Origin: the human T2T-CHM13v2.0 reference genome, Homo sapiens
NCBI RefSeq assembly: GCF_009914755.1
Contig: NC_060932.1
DNA: 64,000 nt
Strand: one strand, 5' to 3'
Positions within the stretch are counted from its first letter, which is position 1. The number at the start of each line of letters is the position of its first letter. The notes beneath the pieces were generated by a model, which saw only the letters and a program-made list of their open reading frames with translations, was not told the DNA's origin and did not search any database. The translations under genes and the position numbers were made by a program. Shown one piece after another: positions 13,364-27,751 of the stretch.

Positions 13364-16099
13364 TTTATACTCCCAGTGAAATTCTGTTGAAGAAGAATTG
13401 ACATAATATATTATGTGATATTATTTGGAAAAAATAAATGTAAGTTTCACACAGACATTGAATAAACTTGCTTTGTATTTTAAATTATTGAACACCATTC
13501 TAAAAGATGTATCTTGGTAAGATTAATCAACGATTAGCTCTTGAAGCATTTATCACGTTTTTTAAAAGTTAAGATATACAGCATAGCCTTGTAGTATGAA
13601 TCAAGTTGATATATTCAAGTTGAATATAGCCTGTATGTTTAAATTTGAAATCTGACGGAAGTATACTTCACTATTAAAACCTCAACTATAATATGAATGA
13701 AACAAATCATACAGGTTTTTTTCTTTTAAGAAGGTTGTTACAGTTGTATAAATGATTCGAGTTTAAAACATAAGCCCATAACATTTTGGTTGAGGGAAAA
13801 GTCGTGAAAGAACACGTTTTAAATATTTATACTTTTGCTATTTTAAACATAAAAGGGGAAATGTGTGACTTTTGCCATTTGCGATCCGAACTTTTCAAAT
13901 TAAATGTATCCTGAAAGGTATATATGTTTTACACATTATAAAAGTGTACCTTTTATAAAGAATACATTAAAAACAATAAAAGTCAGAGAATAAAGATGAA
14001 AAGGTTAAATTTAAGTCTTATTGCAAGCTGTTTAGTATCACGAGCAAAGTATCGAACTTCATTGGTACATGAATGACCAAGATCTGATTACTTTTCTTCA
14101 ACACCATTTTTCCTAATTAGCATTATCAGCATCCAGTTCTAGAAAGTCCTAGCAAAATTAATTACATAATAGTAATGTTGTTTTGCTTGTGAAAGCGCAA
14201 TAATATAAACAAAGTAGATTATTTATGTTTGTTGTTCTCCATTTCTATTATTTTCTTAATTTGATAGCTCAGAAAATACATAGTTACGTGAGCTCCACAA
14301 GGGCATATCGCACAGAGATTTCCATTTTGCGAACTCCATTCCAGGATATTTCTAGTTTTGAGACCTACGTGTATTTCAGAAGCAACATGGGGCGCGTCTC
14401 AAATGTCCACTTTTTAAAGAAGCCTCTTGAAACCACAGCTCATCCTTTCAGAATCTGCATTCTCAGACAAATTCCAGCCTTGCTTTTGGCATCTTGAAGA
14501 AAATCCCCCTTTATCTCAGATAACAGAGAAACAATTTGCTGTGCTTATTTAGTAGCTGGTACCTTGAGTTACACAGGATTTGCGCTGCGTTTGAGCCTAG
14601 CTGCTCGGTTGGAACTGAGTGTAATGTTCACGACGTGGCTAAAGGAGTTTTGAGACCTACCCTCCGACATCTTGTAGACCCTGGTTGTGGGACTGGGTTC
14701 ACATTCCAGGGGGGGTTACTTTGACACTCTCCAGTAGATACACGGCATTCGTCAAGAAGTTATTAGGATTTACAGTGGAATTTTGGTATCACGAACTAGT
14801 TGTAAGAATTTTCTCATAATGGATTTTTCTGGTCACGGTGTGAGTTCACATCGTGGACAGTTCAAGCCACTGACAAATGATCCGTGATACACAGAACGCA
14901 CATATAACACACGGGGAGGACAAGACGTCATCTGGGCGAGCCATTTGCATCCAGATGAATACAAAACCTACAGTTGGTTGTATTACACTTGGAAGTTTTC
15001 AGCTGTGGCTTCATCACCCATATTAGGGTCAGAAAAACTCTTGTGTGTTTCTACAGCCTTGCCCCGCTTCTTTGATCCTTTGTAGTAATGGCGACTAAGT
15101 GGGTAGCGGGTTCTTTAAAAAAAAAAAAAGCTTTTTGTATTCCTGAAAGATAGTTATTATCACCAAAAGCTTTCTCTTCTAATGACTAAAAATAGAGCAC
15201 TCTACACTTTAGTGTAGTTCACAGAATTTGTTTTTAATACTCCAGCTCTTTGTGCTCCTTAAGTCTGCTTCACTTTTTTTTACTTCGTTTTTCAAATAAG
15301 ACCTCAATGGACAGGGCTTTAATGAGAATCCAAGCAGTGCTAACCAGAGGGACAGGACCACTTCCCTGTCTGACAGGTGAGACGTCTAGGGCCTCCCATC
15401 AGCTTCTGCAAAAGATAGAAACCCTGAATCATTATTTCAAGGTACTTCATCATCCTCCCTCCTCTGTTGCTCTGCTGCTGTCCTATTTCATCAGTTCTAA
15501 TTTTATTCATTCTCCTTCTGGAACTTTCACTTCAGCATGGGCTGGGTTATGACTGCATGTCCTTTCCTATGTTCTGGCTTGTATTAAAAATTGCAATAAC
15601 ACAACAATTGACTTGAAGATATAATTGACCTGAAGATGCAAATGACCTGAAAAGCTGAAATAGTATTGAGTTTCAAAAACATTATTAGAAATATGAAGAG
15701 CTGAAAAAATAGCTTTTTATGAATTTCTTCTGGGGACTGTACATATGTACTTAAAAAAAATACATGGATGAGATGATTAGGATGGAAAATGAGACCCCTA
15801 TATGTCATACTGGAATACCAGCAGAAAGGTCATCCAACTGTTTTCTAAATGGAGAAACTGAGATTGATGTCAGGGCTTTCTACCGGCTGAGTAGGGTGAG
15901 GAAGCTGAGGCCCTTCTGCAGCTGAATGTAACTTCTGCGGGGACACTTCGCTCTCAATCCACCGTAGGCCAGTAGCTCTCCATTCTCTCTGAGAAAGGAC
16001 TGATCAATGATGAAGAGTCCACTCAGCAGGGCACCCAAGCATTTCTGTTTTCACATTAAACCAGTTAATGTCTACCGGTGAAGTCTGTAACAATAATTA

Positions 16100-16372
16100 A
16101 GTAATTTAATTAAGTGTTTGAGAAACCCATGAACAAAGACCATGAAATAAAATGTTCACAAAAACACTAATGCTCTCCATTGAAAGCTTTGGAAAACTCC
16201 ATAAGTGCACTACCCATAAGTCAGTCCCTGGAATTATGCGTAAGATAGTTCTAAAAGACTGGGGAAAACAATAAAGAGAGAGAATGATTTGGCACTTTCA
16301 AAAAGCAAGTGAAATAATGCCTTCTGGGTGTGTTTTGCAAAGAAAAATGGTGCAGAACTCCACTATGCAGAT
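16100..16372 (+). mobile_element. Ancient TcMar-Tigger relic (Tigger15a-like)
   Basis: ttgaaagctttggaaaactccataag...ctaaaagactggggaaaa...aatgccttctgggtgtgttttgcaaagaaaaatggtgcagaactccac resembles pogo-type transposase-derived consensus, from memory. Confidence 0.5.
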
Positions 16373-16589
16373 TTATTTTCTTACCTAACGTCTTCTAGCT
16401 GTTAATGACTTCCAAGTTTATATTTCCGTGATCTGGTTCCCACTTGAAATCCACGGGGACCAGCTCTACTAGTCACCTGGAAATAACTTGCAAAGGCAAA
16501 TTCCTGTGTTCTGCCAGTAATCTTCCTCTTTCCTCTTTTTCTTCTCTGAATCTCAGTTAAGGGCTGCTCTCTGCTTCCAGGTGCTAAAT

Positions 16590-17036
16590 TTGGAATATAT
16601 ATGTTTGGTACACGTATATGTTTGGGATATATATATCTATTATATATACATATTGGATATATATTTAGCTTATATCACCAATATGTACCCACCTATACCA
16701 CATATATATATATACCAAATACATCTAATATATATATATACAAAATATATATATGTATATATATACAAAATATATATATGTATATATATACAAAATATAT
16801 ATTTATATACAAAATATATATATATTTTTTCTATTTTTTTGGTTTATTGTTATATATAGAGAGATGTAGAATGTATATGTTTGTAGGTAAATATGTACAT
16901 TTGGTATATTTGGTGTATATATTTAGACATAAGATCACACCTATATATCAAATATATATATTTTATATATATATTTATTTGGCATTTATATATTCATATA
17001 TTTATATATATATTTGGTATATATAAGTGTGATCCT
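16590..17036. repeat. TA-rich low-complexity / quasi-palindromic tract
   Basis: Repeated atatatacaaaatatat units, with ccaaat and atttgg units in both orientations. Confidence 0.9.
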
Positions 17037-17204
17037 ACACCTAATGATATGAAGTAAAATGCATGTATATGATTTGGGTTGAAATAAAATTTTAATATTA
17101 GGTGTTTATATATTTTAGTGGTTCTCTTTTTAAAAATGCTCATTTGTTTAAGTAATTTGGTCCTCATTACATGATATAAGGGACGTATTTAGGGGAGTTT
17201 AGTT

Positions 17205-17330
17205 TGGAGACTATAAATTCCTGAGGGTAAGAAGCATTTCAGTCTTGTTACCAATTGAACGTATATTGCACAGCAGAGTGCTGCCATGTAGCAGGTTCTC
17301 AGCGACTATTTACTAGGTGAAATAAATAAT
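17205..17330 (+). mobile_element. L2 3' end
   Basis: gactataaattcctgagggtaag...gtcttgtt...agcagagtgctgccatgtagcaggttctcag...tattt. Confidence 0.65.
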
Positions 17331-17649
17331 CTCCCAATCTTTAGCTTATTTGGAGCTCTTCATGTCTTTATTCAGCTCTGTTACTGATACCATTTAACAC
17401 ATGTCCTTCCTATTCCAAATAAAATTCAAAGACCCATGTATGTTAGAGAATCTTAACTAGTTAATATTGCTTAAGTGGATAATGCTTCCACATTGTTTTA
17501 CATATTTCTATTTGTGATCGTATTTCAGTAGATGCTCAATTAATATTTCTAAATGTCTGCTGAAAAAAAAAATAACCAGATGTCTGCTGCCACCTAAAAA
17601 ACTCAAACTCCTTTAGTTCAAAACACCTCGAAACAAAAAGCTGGCATCT

Positions 17650-18400
17650 ACTGAGATGAATAAAAGAGGGGAAGGGGAGAATTATTGGAGGGAGAAAGAA
17701 GGAATTTGTCTTTGAGCATTACAACGTTAAGGTAACCTGCCAGACGTCCATGTGGAGATAGAGATGGACAGCTGCATTTTAGAGGAGGGAGACTGTGGTG
17801 ATATAAATCTAGAAGGCGTTAGTATACAGACGGAAAGAGATAAATTCACTGATGACCTGAATATAGACAGGAAACACTTGGATATTCAGCCCTAAATTAT
17901 TTCCATATCTGAAACCAGGACAAGGAGGAAGACTAAACAAAGAACACAAGGACAGGCTAATGAGACGGGAGAAAAATCAGAGGTCTCAGGAAACAAATAA
18001 AAATGCTGTTTAAATAAAGAGGGCATTATCACAGAAAATTATGCTGACGAGGAAAGAAAATAAGAATAAAAACCCGATCATTATATTCGGAAATGCAGTC
18101 ATCGATGATCCACACAAAGGTGTTTTGTTGGTGTGGAAATTCTGAAGACAGTAACTGATTGCAGTAGGTTCAAGAGAGAATTGGAAGAAATGAAAAAAGG
18201 GGAAAAATAAAGTATCCACAACTTCTTCAAAGAGATTTGCGGCAGAGGGGAGCAGAGAAATGATCAATAGCTGAAAGGAAAAGTGAGTCACACAAAAGTT
18301 TTCTTTAAGGTGAATGAAATACACATAATGCATTTTTATGCTGTTGAGAATGATGCATTAGGCAAATTTCGATATTGCTAGAGAAACATATAAAAAAACA
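17650..18400 (-). mobile_element. L2 relic
   Basis: Purine-rich antisense L2 text (tttgagcatt...ccagacgtccatgtggagat...gatataaatctag...ggtgtggaaattctg...agtatccacaacttcttcaaagagatttgc). Confidence 0.65.
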
Positions 18401-19008
18401 AAAGACGTTAATCTGTGAGCAGGTGAGAAAGGGGGGAATGCAAACTTTGCATGAGTATCTATTTGGCAACAGAAGACTAGCTGTTGTTTGAAAGTTCCAG
18501 TGGCTTTTCAAAGCTGTGCTTACAACTCAAAGTTCCTATAAAACTGTAGGGAAGGATCTCATAAACAACTTAACACATGGATCTATGTATAATCAATAAT
18601 GAAATAAAAGTTTTCCATTGCAATCACAGTAAAAGCAAAGATACTCCTAAGTCCTAATCTTTCTTTTGAATTCCTAAGGTGATAGGAACCTCATCTGAAA
18701 CTTCAGCGGGAGTTTTGATTTTCATCCTTTCCATGGAATGACTTGTGCGCACACACTGCAGCCTAAACACGGGACAAATCACTTCTCCTCTCCCGATTCT
18801 GAAACTCGTGATTCAGAGCACACCTGCTCCCATGTTAATGTTTTAACTCCTCTCAGAATGGCCAGAGAACAAAATAAATTGTATGACATCTTTATTACCC
18901 CTTTTCGTCTCCGCACTTAGAAGCATTGAGAAGTACTTGGAGAGATTCCCAGAATGCAAAGCATGGTCTCAGTGTGGAAAAAGAAAGGGATGGAAAAGAG
19001 GGAGACAG

Positions 19009-19012
<4 letters not shown>

Positions 19013-19039
<27 letters not shown>

Positions 19040-19052
19040 ACATATATATATA
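19013..19052. repeat. (AAAAC)n(TA)n STR
   Basis: Directly visible. Confidence 0.9.
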
Positions 19053-19261
19053 TACTTTTTTATGTTCAGGGAACTCAGAACGACTGTGAAGACAGTTCAT
19101 TAATCAAAGACAAATTCAGTTCAAAGAAATGTTGCAGGCTATATAGAAAGCCCTTGAAAGATGAAAACATATTCAAACTAAATTTGTAAATATGGGAATA
19201 AAAAGTAGTTGAGTTAGGTGGGGTCATTCAAAGAATAATCAGATTTAAGAATAAAGAAAAT

Positions 19262-19753
<492 letters not shown>

Positions 19754-20329
19754 CTATTGGGGTGATTTTACTCATTTAGGAAGGCTTGGGAGTTCTATCT
19801 CATGGTTTTAAAGTTCTAGGCCCAAGACGCTAACGAATGAAGAGTATGGAGGGTCTGTGGGTCTTGACTCCTGCTGAGAGAGACCATTACCAGCTGTAAC
19901 CTGCTTTTGATTTGCCCATATGAGAAACCATGAGATGGCTTCGAGTAGCATTTAACTTTCCGAGCTGTAACTGAAAGTTAAAGAGAAATTCCACTACTGT
20001 TTGGAAGCGAGAATCAGTCCTTTCCCACTCAGCCTCCACACAAGATGCCCACCTCAACCTGCTTTTGTCTTGGTTAGAGGCCACCTTCCTCATGGGATCC
20101 GTCTTTGGAATCAGCAGTTTTTGCTCCCACCTCATAAGCTTACCGGCCATTCAGGGACTGGAGCAAGCTGCATGTGACACATTCCCCCACCTGTGCAAGT
20201 ACTTTTCATATTTTTCTGTATTGGAGTATCTTGGTCATTTATAATTTATGATTTCAACTTGAAACAACTTGCCTTGGAAAGGAGCAAATATTCATTCAGA
20301 TATATGATGTCATAACTTTCCATTTATCT

Positions 20330-20432
20330 ATTTGTTCTTTTGTTCATTAATTATTAAATACATGTTTATTGAATATTTTGAGGAGTGTGAGGAATAAAAC
20401 TGAATAAAAATCAACCCATCCCTGCACTCCAG
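20330..20432 (-). mobile_element. L2 3' end fragment
   Basis: ttcattaattattaaatacatgtttattgaa...gaataaaactgaataaaa...atccctgcactccaggag. Confidence 0.55.
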
Positions 20433-20819
20433 GAGAAAGGTGGGAATGCACACTTTGCATGAGTATCATTTGGAAACTGAAGACTAGCACTGTTTCAAAG
20501 CTCCAATGGGTTCACGAGGACCCAGGAACAGCAGCCACAGCAGTTACTCTAGTAGTTTGGGAAGTGATGCTGGCTTCTACCACCTACTCTATTTATTTAG
20601 GGTTGGGCGAACAACTCACAGTGTTTTTCTTATTGTGTATATTGTCTTCTCACATGGGCTTTAGTACTGTATTTTTATTCTAACTGTCTCTTCTAATATT
20701 ACATTCTTATAGGGCCAAAGATAAAAATAATAATAGTGAGAACGATCACAACAGCAGCAGTATTAACAAGAATGCCAGCGTTATGAGAAGGAGGAGAGAA
20801 AAAACGAGAAGACTGAGGA

Positions 20820-21040
20820 GCCAGTGTTGACTGCATGCCTCCCCCATGCCCGTAGCTTTACATCTCTCTTGCTAATCTTTCCAACAGTCCCGCATCCTTA
20901 TCTTCATTTCACAGATGACAAGTCTGAGATTCAGAGGCTTCTAATAATGTTCCCAGGACCCAGTGTGCAAAAGCGTTCGGTAGCAGACCGCAGACAAGAA
21001 CTCAGATGTATCAGACCCCATGGGTAGAACTCTTTCTACT
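20820..21040 (-). mobile_element. MIR
   Basis: catttcacagatgacaagtctgagattcagagg core. Confidence 0.7.
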
Positions 21041-21143
21041 CTAACAAACTGCATATGGTGTAATTGAAAGACACTCTGCTAGATTCTAGAAACCTTAATG
21101 TTAAATTAAGACACCTGAAGAGTTAATAGATTTAAATTTCTTC

Positions 21144-21146
<3 letters not shown>

Positions 21147-21189
<43 letters not shown>
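21147..21189. repeat. (TG)~21 microsatellite
   Basis: Directly visible. Confidence 0.98.
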
Positions 21190-21190
<1 letters not shown>

Positions 21191-24100
21191 TGTTTTTCCC
21201 CTGAGATTCTCACTCTGGACATGCAGAATCCAAGCATTTATTCTCACTCACAAGTGCTTAAGAACAAGAATTACTTACAAGGGCTTCATTTTCACCATCG
21301 ATTACTTTTCGAGTAACTTTGCCAAATTCCAGTCTTGCAACGCAATTGAATTTTATTTGTACTAATGGAAAGCAACCTGTCAGAGAAGCACTGCTTTCAT
21401 GACCACCCCAGACAGCAGAAGACACTAAATCAAGGCCCCTGGGAATCGTGAGCTCATCTGGGCAGCCACACATCTGCCCCAGCTGTATCCTTGCTCTGAC
21501 TAAGCAGACTTCCCTTGTAGTTTACATCGTTTTTAACCCTTGGCTTGATAAAGACTAAGCAGGCATTTTATAGCTCTAATTGTGCCCAAATCCTCCAGGA
21601 TTTAGTAACTCCAGGCAGTAAATGAGCTTGCAACTTCTTTGCAGGCTAGTTGACATCCACACTCATTCATTTAGCAAGCATTTATATGGGCCCTAAAACA
21701 TGTCCAGCCTGCTGGGATGGCAGAGGAGATCGGGAGGCAGCAAGGGCGGAGAAGGAGGGAACAGGTGCATTTGTACCTCAGCACAAATCTCTAGGGCTAC
21801 GCTCCTCTTTCATTTGCACGGTTTCTTTGGAAAAAAAAAATCCCCAAATGAAAAATAACTAGAAAAAAGACCGAGGTTGGTATTTAAAATGCTGATATTA
21901 AAGCAAATTAGAATAGAAGGCAACCATTCATTCCTTCATTTCCTTCATTCATTTATTCAGTCAATGTCTACCAAGTACTGAAAAAAGCGAAACCATGTTG
22001 AACATTACATTCCAAAACAGACTAATTCAAAAAGTTCATTTCCTGAACCCTAGTATTTGAGAAACATCAACAATATGCAGAAGGAAAAATAAATGACTAA
22101 AAATGTTGCCCTCAAAGCAAGCACAAATTAGCCATGCCAATGACCCTAACTCTAACAAGAGCCTTTTACCCTAGCAGGTTATAGTGACTCATACCCAGAA
22201 TAACCATATCTTGGAAAGAAGGAAACAGACATAGAGGGAAGGTAGGTGTCGGAGAAGGAGCTAATGTCTACTAAAATCTATTACAGGACTGCCAGTTTTA
22301 CACATAATCCTCTCAATGGTGCAACAAGGAAGATAGATAGTGCATTCCCCATTTAAACTGACAAAGCTATGTGGTGTAAGACGTTAAATAACTTACATGT
22401 TTCAACAAAGGCCTGGAAAGCATTTTTATCCAATAGTCTACACTGCATTTTTAACACATTTGAACAGGTATTTTGTTCACTGACTACCTATTTTTCCTTT
22501 CTCCTATCTATGACTTAACAAAGAAGTATGTAGGAACCCATGAAAGTAAAACTGGTAAACAAAGAAACAAACTTAACAACAACGACAAAATCCTTCATGA
22601 CTACTACTAAATTATGGAAAACTGCCTTATTTTATTATCACTGACCATTACAAGAAGTCAATTTATTTCTATTTCTGAAATTGACCTGGGTAGCTTTTTG
22701 AATTCTGGAAAAAAACAGACAAGGATAGCATTTATGGTAATTAGCAAGAGGCTGTATGAAGTTAGAATTATGCCCCTATGCATGTGAAGTGAAGATTCTC
22801 TTATCAAAGAAAGAAGTCCTTCTTACAAAAATATTTTGAAGAATATCTTAACATATTTGGAGAAACTGAGGTGACAAGTTATTTTTTATTGCATTGATAA
22901 ACATCAAAAGAGTTTATTTTTATCAAAATTTTCATTTACATTTACAAGCTCTATTGAAATATAATAGAGCTTGTACTGGGACATTTAAATATGTTTACCT
23001 GGAAAATTCCCCTGCATGGTATAAGGATGTGTTTTGATTTTCTAGCTTTCAAGAAATCTATTAAATCCTTTTAAAAAATGTGATATATTGAGCAGTACTA
23101 AAAAAGCAAATTATTATTTATGGATGTGAATTTCACAGTATAGCTTATTATATAGTTATTTAGAGCTTCCTCTGAGTGTTCTATGCATGTTTGTGCAATT
23201 TTTCTTTTGTTTAGTGAGTCCCTGAAAAAAAAAGGTGAAAAGTTGAATAGGAATTCTGTGACTAATAACTTTTCTTGTGTGGCCAGAAGCTCTAAGATTT
23301 TTTTATTTCTACAAAATAATAACTGTTGAAGATTTAGAAACGTATTTGGTAGCGAAGTATAAGTAAATGCTGGGTATTAAATTATATGTTGTTTAACAAA
23401 ATACAACTATACTGTATAACATTATATTTTTAGGTACTGGAAATACTTTTTTTATTTTAACAATGATTCTTAGCTCTTACCCATTTGACATGAGTGGGCC
23501 GTTCAAGCAAAAGATACATCTATTGTTTTCATAGGCAAATAAATTATTGGCTACTTGTTTGAAGATGTTCTGCTCATGCCATCTTTACTCTCATTTTTAA
23601 GACCTCTCAAGGACCTGGGTATTTTCAGTCTTGGCTCTGTGGACTGAACTCTCCTTGGTGAAGATTCCATGTGTGTTTACCCCAGCCAGCAGCAGGCTGG
23701 CCACAGTATTTCCTTCTCCTAGGAGGTCTGGCTTTAGCAAACTACTCGTTATGGCCTGGGATTCTGGGAAAGTTTCCATATGGATGTTATAAGATGTTGC
23801 TGAGAAGTGCTCGGGTTGTTTGAAATCACATCAAAATTGATGGAGAACAAGTCAGTTCAGTAGAAGCAAATTGCTGCTCGTTAAAATTTGGGAAAGTTTC
23901 CGCAGGGAAGAGCAAAAGGTATTTTGGAGCTGGTATTCAGGATCTTTTTATACATATGAGGTAATGCTCCCTCACCAATGAGGAATGCCCCCTTCTCTTT
24001 CAGAACCTTTATTGCTAATACCAAATGCGAGAGGATACTTGAGTCATCTCAGCACTGAAAAAGCCTAAGGTCTTCTCATTTAGATTTCACTAGCTTTTTA

Positions 24101-24439
24101 AACCACATCTCCAATGCCAGCTACCAAGTTACCAAGCCAGGATCTAAACCTGGATTTTCTGTTGCCAAGCCCATTGTCTTTCTCTCATCAATTTATCTGC
24201 CCCAAATAACCTTCTTTTTTCAGTAAGGGAGAGGATTATTACGTAGATCTGCAAGTGTTGTAGGACGACAGATTTCCTTTCAAACATTGAACTTTATGCA
24301 ACATTTTAATGCAACTTACATTAAAGGTCAGAATAATTCACCTTTTTAAGGTCTCTTCCCTAGAAGCCCACGTACAGCTAAGAAAAGAAGTGAAAGACAA
24401 TTACTAAATATAATACTACTAGCAATGATGATGAGAAGA

Positions 24440-24695
24440 CTAATAGAAGCTAGCACGCACTGATGTCTTCCATGTGCCAGACACTTATTTGAACACTTGA
24501 CATCTTCTTGCTTTTATCTCCCTAATATCTCCCTAATAAGAGAAAAGGACTGTTAGTCTTCCTAGTTGTCAGCCGAGGATTTGAATTTTAGAGGAATTTT
24601 TCCAAGGCTGCCTAGATCTTCAATGGTGGTTCTGGAATCTGAACTGAGGCCTTTCTGATTCCAGGGTCCAAGATTTACATACAACACGCTACTGC
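24440..24695 (-). mobile_element. MIR
   Basis: catgtgccagacact...tgtcagccgaggatttgaattttagagg...tccaaggctg...ggaatctgaactgaggcctttctgattccag. Confidence 0.65.
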
Positions 24696-25813
24696 TTTAC
24701 TAGAGATTTACTGATGAGCAGGTAATAAGTAGCCACCGGTTGCAACATAAAAATGTTATCCTATTTAACACTTTCCTGAACTGAGTTCATAGCTTGATTT
24801 TCTTACATTTTTATGGAGCTGCTGGAGACACTCAGGCTATTATGGACATTTGTATTGCCCTGTGTTAGCCTTCATGAATATGCCTGATTTTCATTGGAAA
24901 GCTTTGTTTCTCACGAGCTGTGAGGTGTTTCTTCTACTGGATTAACTCATTCTGTCACCCTAATGCTTTCAAATATTAACTTCTTCTCTATGTTTAATTA
25001 TCTGTGCAGGACAGGGAAAAATGCTGTAAAAAATTTAAAAAGAGACGTAAAAGTTCTCACACTTTTTATTTTCTTCAGGTCACTGCACACTCTGTTGTGT
25101 ATCCAGGAAAATTTAGGTAGTTGATTATTCTTGGAGATATTCAGATAATAAGGAGATCACAATGGTTGGAGGTGCCAAGAAGATTCCAGGAGAGAGAGAG
25201 AGAGCAATGATTTAGAAATTGGTGAATGAATTTGCATGAACAGAGAGAAGCAGCAGGCCCCTCAGGTGGGCAAATACAAGAAAAACTAAAGAAGTCAGAA
25301 CTCAGATACTCAAGCATACACTGCGGCCATGACAGCATGACAGCTGCGGGAAAACCCCAGGGAAGGTGAACACTCAATCTAGGAAAATGGGTTTGCACAT
25401 ATTGTACTGGAGCTAAAAGGCAGGGAAAGGCAGTGACACCTAATTATCAAAAGGAATGATTTTTATGCATAACTTTTGAGAAGATAAATCGCAGGAAAAA
25501 GAATAATTTAAGAAAAAAAGTTACTGGGAGAAAATGGTATACTGCAAACTTTGGAAGCAGGTTTCATGTTTGTGTCCCCACTCTAACACTTTTGTATAAA
25601 CAAGTGCCTTCACTTCCCCACTGTGCTGTCTGATTTGTGGGGTAAGAAAATAGCTCCTACCTAATGCAGAGCTGGTATGTAAGCGTTCAGTAAATGTTAT
25701 CAGCTGTCATCATCATCCTCTTTGTAATAATTCCTGGGGCTCAGTCACAGCAAACCATTCCATTATTTATTCTCTCATGGCTGCTTCTTTATAGCTTGAT
25801 TTTTGCATTTAAC

Positions 25814-26313
25814 ATTCTATCATAAAGACATATGCACATGTAAGTTTATTGCAGCATGATTCACAAAAGAAAAGACATGTAATCAACCTACATGCCCATC
25901 AATGATAGACTGAATAAAGAAAATGTGGTACATCCATACCATGGAATATTATGCAGCCACAAAAAAAGAATGAGATCATGTCCTCTGCAGGGACATGGAT
26001 GGAACTGGAGGCCATTATCTTTAGCAAACTAACACGGGAACAGAAAACCAAATAGTGCACGTTCTCACTTATAAGTGGGAGCTAACTGATAAGAACACAT
26101 GGAGACATGGGGAGGAACAACACACCCTGGGATCTTTCAAAGGGTGGAGGGTTGGAGGAGAGAGAGAGTCAGAAAAAAAAAATAACTAATGGGTACTAGG
26201 TTTAATATCTGGGTGATGAGATAATCTGTACCACAAATTGCCATAACAAAAATTTACCTGTTTAACAAACCTGCACTTGTACCCCTGAAGTTAAAATAAC
26301 AATTAAAAAAAAA
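25814..26313 (+). mobile_element. L1PA15/16-like 3' end
   Basis: cataaagacatatgcac...gggacatggatggaactggaggccattatc...ttctcacttataagtgggagcta...aataactaatgggtactagg...aacaaacctgcacttgtacccctgaa plus A tail. Confidence 0.92.
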
Positions 26314-27047
26314 CATAAAACATCATTACCAGACACATGATTGATGATTTCCCTTATAGACACGGAAGTTATTGCCAGCAAAGACCCACCTTCTTCATCT
26401 CTATCTTTATACTAGCACTATATTTTACACATTTTTTACCAAATGGTTGAGATAAAAGAAAAAGAGACAGGTTGGATGAATGCAAGGAATAAATCATTTA
26501 ATTCGGCTGCTGAAGTACCTAAGCAATAGGTAATGGCTTAAATCAATGCAAAGGCAATAGAAAGGCCAGAGAAGACATAGAAACAAATAGTTCTTTGGAC
26601 AATGGTAGCATCTAAAGTAATGGGCAGCATATGGTAGGAAAGGGAGGAGGAGTCAAATATTGCAACCCACAACAACAAAGTTAATCCCAGATAATAAGGA
26701 AATTGATAGCAAAATTTGTTTGAAGGAAAGGCGAGAAAGTAAATTATGAAATGTTAATTTTCAGGTAACAGCCTGCCATTGAAGCAAAGTAATGATAGCA
26801 TATCCTTTCTCCACATGTAACTTGGAGAATGAGAGAGAATAAGAAAAGTGGTAATAGTAAAAACAAAGATAAGATTACATGCCAACACCAGGTGAATGGG
26901 ACAACAGTAAAGACACACACAGTTTTCTGTGCAAGGTCTCAAACAGAATTCAACAGAATATCAGGTTAGTTTATTTGGTTTGATAGACTTTCAAATAGTC
27001 CGTTTTTATTAAAAAAGAATGTCCCTACAGTCAAATATTTATCCATC

Positions 27048-27405
27048 TGTATTAGTTCATTTTCACGCTGCTATAAACAACTGCTTGAGAATGGGTTATT
27101 TACAGAGGAAACATCTTAATTGACTAACATTTCAGCATGGGCGAAGAGGCCTCAGAAAACTTTCAATCGTAGCAAAAGGGCAGCAAACATGTTTTTCAAA
27201 TGGTGGCAGAAGGAGAAGGGCTGAGCGAAGGGGGAAAAGCCCCTTATAAAACCATCAGATCTCATGAGAACAAACTTGCTATCAGGAGAACAGGATGGGG
27301 AAAATCACCTCCATGATTCAATGACATCCACCTGGCCACTCCCATAACAGGGGAACTACAATTCTAGATAAGACTTGAATGGGGACACAAAGCCTAACTA
27401 TATCA
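27048..27405 (-). mobile_element. THE1 (C/D-like) solo LTR, ERVL-MaLR
   Basis: tgtattagtt...gaggcctcagaaaactt...ccccttataaaaccatcagatctc...tggggacacaaagcctaactatatca; exact 5-bp TSD CCATC (27043-47 and 27406-10). Confidence 0.93.
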
Positions 27406-27701
27406 CCATCTAGCATCTGTATTTTAAATATAATTACATTTTCCAACAGCATCGTTTCTGTCATTTTTTGACAAAGTAAAAAAAATCAGTATATTATATA
27501 AATTTTCATTGATATATTAATTAAATTTGCTGTATCATAATGATTAATGGTATGCATTTCTGAATACAGGATTAAGCTTGATACAATAAACAAATAAGAT
27601 GGATGCCCCTGTCTGAGTTCAACTACAGATGGAGAATAGAAAAAATACACAGGTTGCTTATTTAGGAACTACATATAGTCATCTATTATACTTAAAATTC
27701 T

Positions 27702-27750
<49 letters not shown>
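27702..27750. repeat. (TG)n microsatellite
   Basis: Directly visible. Confidence 0.97.
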
Positions 27751-27751
<1 letters not shown>

